DNA of 64,000 nt, from positions 65,641-129,640 of the forward strand of contig JBGQBE010000003.1 of NCBI GenBank assembly GCA_041494685.1. Direction: 5' to 3'. Positions 52,983 through 61,239 of this stretch are shown piece after piece. The stretch comes from Dehalococcoidia bacterium. GTDB taxonomy: Bacteria; Chloroflexota; Dehalococcoidia; DSTF01; JACRBR01. The notes beneath the pieces were generated by a model. That model did not search any database. It had not been told where the DNA came from and worked only from the letters and a program-made list of their open reading frames with translations. Every line of letters begins with the position of its first letter. Positions within the stretch are counted from its first letter, which is position 1. Position numbers and translations under genes: made by a program.

Positions 52983-53815
52983 TGCAGGTTCACCGCTACG
53001 GGCAGCGACGTGATGTGCGTCGGGTACGTCTCGATGTTCACCGCCAACGCCGTATTCGAGCCGCCTACGGCCTGCGGGCCGACGCCGAGCGCGTTCACCT
53101 TCGCCAGCAACTCGCGCTCGAACTCCGCGGTCTCCGCGTCCGCGCTGAATTGGCCGACCGGGCGCGTGATCGCCTTCTTCGCCAGGTACATCACGTATTC
53201 CGCTGAGCCGCCGACGCCCACGCCGACGACCAGCGGCGGGCAGGGGTTACCGCCCGACTCCTCGATCGTGTTGAGCACGAACTCGGTGATGCCTTCCTTG
53301 CCGCGCGACGGCAGCATGATCTGCAACCGCGCCATGTTCTCGCAGCCGCCGCCTTTTGGCACCACGTTGATGTGCAGCTTGTCGCCGGGCACGATCTCCG
53401 TGTGGATCACTGCCGGCGTGTTGTTCTTCGTGTTCACGCGCGACGAGAACGGGTGGTCGACGATCGACGCGCGCAGGTAGCCCTCGGTGTAGCCCTTGCC
53501 GACGCCCGCGTTGATCGCGTCGCGCAGCGAGCCGCCGACGATGTGGACGTCCTGGCCCAGCTCCACCATCACCACGGTGGTCCCGGTGTCCTGGCAGAGC
53601 GGGATCATCTCGCGCTTCGCCAGGTCCACGTTCTCCAGGATCTCGACCAGCACCTGCTTGCCCAGCGGCGAGCGCTCGCTCGACTCCGCCTTCCGCAGGC
53701 CGGCGATGACGTCGTCCGGCAGGACGTGGGTGGCCGTCTGGCAGAGCTCGGCGACGACCTTCGTGATCTCGTCAGCGTGGATGTCGCGGACGCGTGTGCC
53801 CGTATCGGTGGTCAT
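52946..53815 (-). CDS. Class I fumarate hydratase / L(+)-tartrate dehydratase, alpha subunit
   Basis: Fe-S hydro-lyase alpha region; Cys ligands in CQDTGT and GGGCEN. Confidence 0.85.
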   Translation of the reverse strand: MTTDTGTRVRDIHADEITKVVAELCQTATHVLPDDVIAGLRKAESSERSPLGKQVLVEILENVDLAKREMIPLCQDTGTTVVMVELGQDVHIVGGSLRDAINAGVGKGYTEGYLRASIVDHPFSSRVNTKNNTPAVIHTEIVPGDKLHINVVPKGGGCENMARLQIMLPSRGKEGITEFVLNTIEESGGNPCPPLVVGVGVGGSAEYVMYLAKKAITRPVGQFSADAETAEFERELLAKVNALGVGPQAVGGSNTALAVNIETYPTHITSLPVAVNLQCHSARSKSATL

Positions 53816-53837
53816 GGTTGCCTCTTTCCCGGCGCGG

Positions 53838-54779
53838 CTACTTCAGCAGCGCGATCAGGTCCTTCGTCGCGTCGGCGGCCTTCTTGATCTTCGCGGCCTC
53901 GTCGTCGCTTACCGGCGCCTCGAACGTCCGCTTCAGTCCGCCCGCGCCCAGTTCGCACATGACGCCGCAGACAATGTCCTTGATGCCGTACTCACCCTTG
54001 CAGAGCACCGCCGAAGGGATGAGCCGGTTCTGGTCCAGCAGGATCGCCTCGACCATCTCGACGGTCGCGGCGGACGGCGCGTAGTACGCACTGGAGACCT
54101 TCATCAGCTCGCCGATCTCGGCGCCGCCGCGCATCGTGCGGGCGACGATGGCGTCGATCTTCTCCTGCGACAGCAGCGACGCGAGCGGCAGGCCGCCGAT
54201 GCGCGCCTGCGACGTGATCGGGACCATCGTGGTGTCGGTGTGGCCGCCCAGCACGTAGGCGTGGACGTCGCGGATGCTGGCGCCGGTCTCCATCGCCAGG
54301 AACGCACGGAAGCGGGCGGTGTCGAGGGCACCGCCCTGGCCGATGATGCGCTCGCGGGGGAAGCCGGACGCCTTCAATGCGACGTGGCACATGGCGTCCA
54401 TGGGGTTCGCGAAGATGATGATGACGGCGTTCGGCGAGGCATTCGCCGCTTCGCCGACCTTCGCACGGACGATGTCGGCGTTGCCGTTGAGCAGGTCCTC
54501 GCGGCTCATGCCCGGCTTGCGGGGCGCGCCCGCGGTGCAGACGATGACGTCGGAGCCGGCGGTCTCGGCCCAGCCGTCCGTGGCGGTGATCTTCGTGTCA
54601 AAGCCCAGCCATGACGCCGACTGCGTCATGTCCAGCGCCTTGCCGTGGTGGAGCGTGCCCGCGAACTGCGGGTCGTCCTGGATGACGACGTCGGCGATGC
54701 CTTTCTCGACCATGCGCTGCGCGATCGCGCCGCCCGTCATGCCGCCGCCGATGACCGTGACCTTCTTACGTATTGCCAT
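53838..54779 (-). CDS. mdh: Malate dehydrogenase (LDH-like MDH)
   Basis: KVTVIGGGMTGG Rossmann fold; catalytic region ...GGHTDTTMVP. Confidence 0.85.
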   Translation of the reverse strand: MAIRKKVTVIGGGMTGGAIAQRMVEKGIADVVIQDDPQFAGTLHHGKALDMTQSASWLGFDTKITATDGWAETAGSDVIVCTAGAPRKPGMSREDLLNGNADIVRAKVGEAANASPNAVIIIFANPMDAMCHVALKASGFPRERIIGQGGALDTARFRAFLAMETGASIRDVHAYVLGGHTDTTMVPITSQARIGGLPLASLLSQEKIDAIVARTMRGGAEIGELMKVSSAYYAPSAATVEMVEAILLDQNRLIPSAVLCKGEYGIKDIVCGVMCELGAGGLKRTFEAPVSDDEAAKIKKAADATKDLIALLK

Positions 54780-55015
54780 TCGACCTCCACTGCGGCGCTT
54801 CGCGCCGTCTCAACTTGCGGTTTCGATGAGATGAAGAAGGGCCCGCGGTGCCAACCACGTGGGCCCTTTACTTGTACAGAGGACGCTCCCGCCTCGCTCG
54901 CGACTGCCCCGTCTCCGGGGCCCGTTGGGCCCGAGTAGAGGCGCTGCTGAAGCGACGGAAGTATATAACCGCGCCTGCCTTGCGGAAAGGACGATCTGAA
55001 GGCGCCGGCCCGGTG

Positions 55016-55537
55016 TTAGAAGGGCCACCAGCGTCGCCGCCGTGCCAGCCAGCGGTAACGCTCGTACGGGTGCGTCCGGTCCGCTGCCGCCGCGCCGATG
55101 CCCGGCGGCAGCGCCTTCTGCTTCAGCCGCAGGGCGCGAGACAGCGCCTCCGAGAGGCGTTCCACCTGTGCCTCCAGGCGGCGTATCTGGTCGCCGGCGT
55201 CGTCACCCGTGCCGGCATCGTGCTGCCGCACGTAGTCGGCCAGCCGGACTGGCTTGCGCCCAGGCGGTGCCGGCCGGTCGCCGTGCGCGTCCGGATGCAG
55301 TCCGCCGGCGTGGCGCGAGTTGGGCAGGTAGATCAAGTAGGCGAATCCGCCCGGCCGCGGCACGATGCGGTTCCGCAGCCGCCCGTCGCGGATCATCCTT
55401 CGCGCGGTGCTCGCCGAGATACCCAGTTCGCACGCGGCCTGTTGCAGCGTCAGCCAATCCGCCGGGTTCGGCTGGGCGGCGCGGCCGTCGCGGGCAGCGT
55501 CGTCTCCCGGTCCCGGAACGGACCGTAGGGCTACCAT
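55016..55537 (-). CDS. HTH (MerR/excisionase-type) DNA-binding protein
   Basis: LTLQQAACELGISASTARRMIRDGRL helix-turn-helix, a coiled segment and a Trp-rich tail. Start at internal Met 55537. Confidence 0.5.
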   Translation of the reverse strand: MVALRSVPGPGDDAARDGRAAQPNPADWLTLQQAACELGISASTARRMIRDGRLRNRIVPRPGGFAYLIYLPNSRHAGGLHPDAHGDRPAPPGRKPVRLADYVRQHDAGTGDDAGDQIRRLEAQVERLSEALSRALRLKQKALPPGIGAAAADRTHPYERYRWLARRRRWWPF

Positions 55538-55641
55538 AAGAGAGTTCCCCCCGGCGTCCGCGTGATTTCGAGACACCTTCTCAGGGATCATCGACCCCGT
55601 ACAGGCCATCTGAATGCGGTTCAATTCGCTACAATCGACAC

Positions 55642-57168
55642 GTGACGACACGGACGTCCTCCGAGCTGCCGACCTGGTTCCGGGATCTGAGCTTCGCGCG
55701 CGTGGTCTCCGGCAGCCCGTCCGAGGCCGCCGCCGTCTGCCACGACTCCCGCACGGCCGTCGCAGGTGCCGTATTCGTCGCGATGGCCGGCAAGAACGTC
55801 GACGGTAACAGCTTCATCCCGGATGCCATCGCGCGCGGCGCGCGCTTTGTCGTCGTGCAGGAGGACCTGCACGAGCGGTGGCAGCGCTACGTGAACGAAG
55901 ACGTGACCTTCGTCGCCGTGCAGGACGCGCGCGCGGCGCTGGCCGAAGCGGCGGCGGGCTTCTTCGGGCACCCGGCGCGCACCCTGGGCATGATCGGCGT
56001 CACGGGCACGGACGGGAAGACGACCACGACCCATCTCATCGCCCACGTGCTGAACGAGACGGACATGCGCGCCGGGTACCTCAGCAGCGTGGAGTTCGGC
56101 GCGGGCGGTATCGTCGAGCTGAACGCGTCGCACATGACGACGCTGGAGGCGACCGACGTGCAGCGCCAGCTCGCGAAGATCCGCGAGGCAGGCGGCCGCT
56201 ACGGCGTCGTCGAGGCGTCGTCGATCGGCCTCGACCAGCACCGCGTCGACCAGTGCGAGTTCGATGCGGGGGTGTTCACGAACCTCTCGCCCGACCACCT
56301 GGACTATCACGGCAGCATGGCGGAGTACCGCGACGCCAAGGCGATCCTCTTCCGCATGCTGGGGCAGAGCGCCGAGAAAGGGTTCGGCAAAGCCGCCGTG
56401 CTCAACGCCGACGATTCCGTCGCCGCCGACATGCGCGCGGCGACCGTCGTGCCGGTCATCACCTACGGCCTGCGCGAGCACGCCGACCTGATGGGGCTGG
56501 AGGTGAAGCCGGACGGCTTCGGTACGCGCTTCAAGGCCAAGATGTTCGGTGAGCTCGTGGAGGTACGCACCGGCCTACTGGGCGACTACAACGTCTCGAA
56601 CTGTCTCGCCGCGGCCGCCGCGGCCGTTTCGCAGGGCGCGGAGTTCAAGGCTGCGATCCAGTCGCTCGCCACGTTCCCCGGGGTGCCGGGGCGCATGGAG
56701 ATGATCGAGGAAGGGCAGCCGTACCGCGTCGTCGTCGACATCGCGTCCACGGAGCAGGCGATGCGCAACGTGCTGCGGATGCTGAAGCCCGTGACGAAGG
56801 GCAAGCTCATCGTCGTCTTCGGCGCGGCGGGCGAACGCGACGTCGCACGCCGCAAGGGCATCGCGCGCGCGGTCGCCGAACTGGCGGACTACGCGGTGAT
56901 CACGAACGAGGACCCGCGCTCGGAGCCGCCGGATGCGATCGTCGACGAGATCGCGGCAGGGCTGCGCAACCACGGCATGCGGCGCTTCGACCGCGAGCTG
57001 GACCGGCGCCAGGCGCTGGAGATGGCGTTCGAGCGGGCCGGCAAGCACGACACCGTGCTGCTGGCCGGGAAGGGCACCGAGCAGTCGATCGTCATCGGCG
57101 AAGTGCACTGGCCCTGGGACGAGCGGCGCATCGCCCGCGAGCTGCTGGGCGACCTGCGCAGCCGCTGA
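55642..57168 (+). CDS. murE: UDP-N-acetylmuramoyl-L-alanyl-D-glutamate--2,6-diaminopimelate ligase
   Basis: GVTGTDGKTTTT P-loop and Mur ligase middle and C-terminal domains. GTG start. Confidence 0.9.
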   Translation: MTTRTSSELPTWFRDLSFARVVSGSPSEAAAVCHDSRTAVAGAVFVAMAGKNVDGNSFIPDAIARGARFVVVQEDLHERWQRYVNEDVTFVAVQDARAALAEAAAGFFGHPARTLGMIGVTGTDGKTTTTHLIAHVLNETDMRAGYLSSVEFGAGGIVELNASHMTTLEATDVQRQLAKIREAGGRYGVVEASSIGLDQHRVDQCEFDAGVFTNLSPDHLDYHGSMAEYRDAKAILFRMLGQSAEKGFGKAAVLNADDSVAADMRAATVVPVITYGLREHADLMGLEVKPDGFGTRFKAKMFGELVEVRTGLLGDYNVSNCLAAAAAAVSQGAEFKAAIQSLATFPGVPGRMEMIEEGQPYRVVVDIASTEQAMRNVLRMLKPVTKGKLIVVFGAAGERDVARRKGIARAVAELADYAVITNEDPRSEPPDAIVDEIAAGLRNHGMRRFDRELDRRQALEMAFERAGKHDTVLLAGKGTEQSIVIGEVHWPWDERRIARELLGDLRSR

Positions 57169-57257
57169 TCTCCGAAGCTCACGCTTGACCCCAGGTGACG
57201 CGCGCCGGCCGGATGCCGTATACTCCGTCCCAGTAGTGTGCATATGCGGGTGAGCAA

Positions 57258-58613
57258 TTGAACGAAGCCGAGATCCTCCGCCTCGCCGAGTTCGACATCA
57301 ACCATGTCATCCATCCGCAGTTCAACGTCGCCGATCACCGGGACGCCATCATCTACGCCAGCGGCAAGGGCGCCGTGCTGACGGACGTGCGCGGCAACCA
57401 GTACATCGACGGCCTATCGTCGCTGTGGAACGTCGCGGTGGGGCACGGCCGCACGGAGCTCGCCGAGGCTGCGGCGGCGCAGATGTCGACGCTGGCGTTC
57501 GCGAACGGCTACACCGGCTACGCCAACGAGCCGTCGATCCGCCTGGCGGAGAAGCTGCTCTCGCTGGTCTACCCGAACATGTCGGGTATCTTCTACGCCA
57601 ACAGCGGCTCCGAGGCGAACGAGATGGCCGTCAAGGCCGCCCGCTACTTCTGGTATGTCTCCGGCAAGCCCGGGAAGACCAAGATCATCTCCCGGACCGA
57701 GGCCTATCACGGCGGCACGATGGCGGCGACCGCAGTGACGGGCATGGCGCCGTTCCACAAGGGCTTCGGCCCGGAGCCGCCGGACTTCGTGCAGGTGGCC
57801 ACCTGCTATCCGTATCGCTGCCAGACGTGCGGGTCGGCGGGCTGCGGGCCCGGTTGCGCGGACGCGATCGACGCGGCGATCGTGCGCGAGGGCGCGGACT
57901 CAGTCGCCGCGGTGATCGCGGAGCCGGTGCACGGCGCGGGCGGCGTCATCCCGCCGTGTCCGGACTACTGGCCGCGCCTGCGCGCGATCTGTGACCGCCA
58001 CGACGTGCTGCTGATCGCCGACGAGGTGATCACGGGCTTCGGGCGCACGGGCCGCTGGTTCGCGCTGGAGCACTGGGGCGTGCGACCCGACATCATGACG
58101 ATCGCCAAGGCCGTCACCAGCGCGTATGTGCCGCTGTCCGCCTTCATCGCGTCGGAGCGCGTGCACCGCGCGATCCTGGACGCGCCCGCCGACGCGAAGT
58201 TCATGATCGGCTGCACCAACGCCGCGCACCCGACCGCCTGCGCCGTCGCGCTGCGCAACCTGCAGATCTTCGAGGACGAGGCGCTGGTGGAGCGGGCGGA
58301 GCGGATGGGACGCCGGCTGAACCAGGGGCTCGCGCGGCTGCTGGAGATGCCGCACGTCGGCAACGTGCGCGGCCTGGGGCTGATGGCGGCGGTCGAAGTC
58401 GTGCAGGATCGCGCCACGAAGCAGCCGTTCGCGGCGTCCGAAGCGATCGGTCCGAAGCTTGCGCGCGCGATGCGCGAGCGCGGCGTCGTGACGCGCGTGA
58501 AGGGCGACAACGTGTTGCTTGCGCCGCCGCTTGTCATAACAGAGGAGCAGATTGACATCATTGTGAACGTCACGGGTGATGCCATCGAGGCAGTGATGAG
58601 AGGTCGGGGCTAG
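57258..58613 (+). CDS. Class III (omega) PLP-dependent aminotransferase
   Basis: YANSGSEANE ... DEVITGFGRTG ... catalytic Lys in TIAK. TTG start. Confidence 0.85.
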   Translation: MNEAEILRLAEFDINHVIHPQFNVADHRDAIIYASGKGAVLTDVRGNQYIDGLSSLWNVAVGHGRTELAEAAAAQMSTLAFANGYTGYANEPSIRLAEKLLSLVYPNMSGIFYANSGSEANEMAVKAARYFWYVSGKPGKTKIISRTEAYHGGTMAATAVTGMAPFHKGFGPEPPDFVQVATCYPYRCQTCGSAGCGPGCADAIDAAIVREGADSVAAVIAEPVHGAGGVIPPCPDYWPRLRAICDRHDVLLIADEVITGFGRTGRWFALEHWGVRPDIMTIAKAVTSAYVPLSAFIASERVHRAILDAPADAKFMIGCTNAAHPTACAVALRNLQIFEDEALVERAERMGRRLNQGLARLLEMPHVGNVRGLGLMAAVEVVQDRATKQPFAASEAIGPKLARAMRERGVVTRVKGDNVLLAPPLVITEEQIDIIVNVTGDAIEAVMRGRG

Positions 58614-58614
58614 C

Positions 58615-59424
58615 ATGGCGCGGAGGGCTCCGGGGTATACTGTTTCCATGCAGCAAACGCACGCAGCCGTCGCGGTGGCGCGGCCCAACCGCTGGATGGC
58701 ATTCGCCGAGAGGAACTGGCGGCATCTCGCCGAACTCCTGTTCATCGTGCCCGCGTATACCGCGTACCAGTTCGTGCGCGGCGCGGTGCACGGCCAGGCT
58801 GGCACGGCGTACGACAACGCGTCGCGGCTGATCCACATCGAGAAGGAGATGGGGATCTTCCACGAGGCGTTCCTGCAGCAGTTGATCCTGCCGAAGGCGT
58901 GGGTCGTCGACTTCTTCAACTACCTGTACATCTGGGGTCATCTGCCGGTGATCGTCGCCGTGGCGCTGTGGCTCTACATCCGCCACCGCGAGAACTACGC
59001 GATGCTGCGCAACGCGTTCCTGATCTCGGGACTGATCGCGCTGATCGGGTTCAGCACGGTGCCGCTGGCGCCGCCGCGCTACATGCCGGAGTTCGGCTTC
59101 ACCGACACGATCGTCCATGCTCAGTCGTACTACGCGTTCCAGAATCCCAAGATCGTAAATCAGTACGCGGCCATGCCCAGCCTGCATTTCGGCTGGGATC
59201 TCCTCGTCGCCATCTCCATCGCCTTCAACACGCGCGTGCGCGCTGTGCGATGGGCGGCGCTCTGCATGCCCGTGGTGATGCTCGGCGGCATCGTGCTCAC
59301 GGCGAACCACTACTTCCTTGACGCGGCCGCCGGTGCACTCGTGTCGATGATGGGGCTCGGCATCGCCTACCTGATTCGCCGGGGCGTGCGCCGCCGGGAC
59401 GGCGTATTCGGATTCCTGGCGTAA
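58615..59424 (+). CDS. PAP2-superfamily phosphatase-like membrane protein
   Basis: PAP2 C2/C3 motifs (PSLHFGW, ANHYFLD). An internal start at 58648 is possible. Confidence 0.7.
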   Translation: MARRAPGYTVSMQQTHAAVAVARPNRWMAFAERNWRHLAELLFIVPAYTAYQFVRGAVHGQAGTAYDNASRLIHIEKEMGIFHEAFLQQLILPKAWVVDFFNYLYIWGHLPVIVAVALWLYIRHRENYAMLRNAFLISGLIALIGFSTVPLAPPRYMPEFGFTDTIVHAQSYYAFQNPKIVNQYAAMPSLHFGWDLLVAISIAFNTRVRAVRWAALCMPVVMLGGIVLTANHYFLDAAAGALVSMMGLGIAYLIRRGVRRRDGVFGFLA

Positions 59425-59517
59425 CGGACGCTACTGAGAGCATCGCGTGAGCGGCCCGTCGATTGACGGGCCGAACCTGTGCCTGTTAAGCTCCGAACCA
59501 GGAAAGGAGGTGATGCG

Positions 59518-59586
59518 GATGGATCATCCTAGTTGTAAGGCCTGCGTGCCGAACAGCGTCCGCAGCACCTCGGGGGTCTCCTGCTA
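59518..59586 (+). CDS. Candidate small ORF (22 aa, Cys-containing) with strong SD
   Basis: AAAGGAGGTG precedes in-frame ATG codons at 59512 and 59518. Peptide MDHPSCKACVPNSVRSTSGVSC. Located in a lower-GC spacer followed by a strong hairpin. Confidence 0.3.
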
Positions 59587-59640
59587 GCAGGCCCTCCCGG
59601 GGCGCGGCAGCCGGGCAGCAGGCCTGGCAACATACGCAGG

Positions 59641-59679
59641 AATGGCCCGGACCAGACGGTCCGGGCCATTCTGTTTGCT
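59641..59679. terminator. 13-bp perfect hairpin (AATGGCCCGGACC-agac-GGTCCGGGCCATT) followed by CTGTTTGCTT; putative bidirectional terminator between convergent genes
   Basis: Read directly from the sequence. Lies between the PAP2/small-ORF end and the gltD 3' end. Confidence 0.55.
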
Positions 59680-59690
59680 TCGGGCGTGCG

Positions 59691-61148
59691 TCAGCTGACG
59701 TTCCGCGGCGGCAGCGACGAAAGGTATTCGTGGATCGCGTTCGCGGCGCGGCGGCCGTCGGCGAGCGCCGTCACGACGAGGTCCGCGCCGTTGACGTTGT
59801 CGCCGCCGGCGAACACGCCGTGGCGGCTGGTCATGTACGTCTCCGGGTGTACTTCGACCAGGTTCCAGCGGTCGGTCTGCACGCCGGGGGCGGCGTCCTT
59901 GATGATCGGGTCGGCGTTGTAGCCGATGGCGATCGCCACCGTGTCCGCATCGATCACGAACTCCGAGTGCGGCACCGGCACGGGGCGGCGGCGGCCCGAC
60001 TCGTCGGGCTCGCCGAGTTCCATCCGCTGGCACTCGACGCCGGTCACATGGCCGCTGCCGTCGCTCAGGAATCGCAGCGGGATCGTCAGGAACTGGAAGT
60101 TCACGCCCTCCTGCCGCGCATGTTCGCGCTCTTCCGTCCGTCCCAGCATCTCGGCCTCGGTGCGGCGATAGACGCACGTGACGTGCTCGGCGCCCAGCCG
60201 GACGGCTGTGCGCACGCAGTCCATGGACGTGTCTCCGCCGCCGATGACCACCATGTTCTTCGGTAGCGGCAGCGGCTCGCGCATGTGCTCCGGCAGCAAG
60301 TCCGGGCGCAGGTTGCCGCGCACCAGGAACTCCGTCGCCGCGTAGATGCCCGTGTGCTCTTCGCCGGGGATGGCGAGCTGGCCGCCGAGGCCGGCGCCGG
60401 TACCGACGAAGATGGCGTCGTAGCCCTGTTCGAAGAGCTGGTCAACCGTCACGTCTTTGCCGACCCACGTGTTGCCGACGAAGCCGACGCCCAGCCTGTC
60501 GAGGTAGGCGAGCTTGTCGCGCAGCACGTCCTTGCTGAGCTTGAAATTCGGGATGCCGTAAAGCAGCACGCCGCCGGGCTCCGGCCAGGCGTCGTACATC
60601 GTCGCGCCGTGGCCCTCCTTCGCCAGCTGTTCCGCGACGGCCATGCCGGCCGGCCCCGCACCGACGATCGCCACGCGGAAGCCGGACGGCGGCGGCAGTA
60701 CGGGCAGCGGCACGCCAAGGTGCTTGCGCTGGTAGTCGGTCACGAAGGCCTCGAGCTTGCCGATGGAGACCGGCGGCTCCTGGTGGCTGTCCGGACGGAT
60801 GGCGAACGCCACGACGCACTCGCCCTCGCACAGGCGCTCCTGCGGGCAGAGGCGGCCGCACAGCTCGGGCAGGTTGCTGGTCTCGCGGAACGTCTCCGCC
60901 GCGCCGTTCACGTCGCCCTGCTCGAGCAGGAGGAGGGCGGCCGGGATGTCGTTGTGCACGGGACACGCCTGCTGGCAGGGCGCCGTGGGGCAGTGCAGGC
61001 AGCGGACGGCCTCGGTCGTGGCGCTCTCCAGGTCGAAGCCGAGGAAGACCTCATCCCAGTTCTTGGTGCGCACGTCGGGCGCCTGCTTGTTGATCGGCAC
61101 GCGCGAGATGGCGAGCCTGCGTTGAACGTCGGTGTCCTTGGCCATCAA
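59691..61148 (-). CDS. Glutamate synthase small-subunit-like NADPH-dependent oxidoreductase (GltD family)
   Basis: N-terminal Fe-S Cys cluster (CLHCPTAPCQQACP ... CGRLCPQERLCEGEC) and two dinucleotide-binding motifs (VAIVGAGPAG). Confidence 0.85.
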   Translation of the reverse strand: MMAKDTDVQRRLAISRVPINKQAPDVRTKNWDEVFLGFDLESATTEAVRCLHCPTAPCQQACPVHNDIPAALLLLEQGDVNGAAETFRETSNLPELCGRLCPQERLCEGECVVAFAIRPDSHQEPPVSIGKLEAFVTDYQRKHLGVPLPVLPPPSGFRVAIVGAGPAGMAVAEQLAKEGHGATMYDAWPEPGGVLLYGIPNFKLSKDVLRDKLAYLDRLGVGFVGNTWVGKDVTVDQLFEQGYDAIFVGTGAGLGGQLAIPGEEHTGIYAATEFLVRGNLRPDLLPEHMREPLPLPKNMVVIGGGDTSMDCVRTAVRLGAEHVTCVYRRTEAEMLGRTEEREHARQEGVNFQFLTIPLRFLSDGSGHVTGVECQRMELGEPDESGRRRPVPVPHSEFVIDADTVAIAIGYNADPIIKDAAPGVQTDRWNLVEVHPETYMTSRHGVFAGGDNVNGADLVVTALADGRRAANAIHEYLSSLPPRNVS

Positions 61149-61239
61149 TGAGAGTCCTTCAACGCTGCCACCGCGCCCCGCGGCTGATGCATCAAGTCTA
61201 GGGCGGGCACTGGCGCTTGTAAATGGCGGCCCCCGGACG

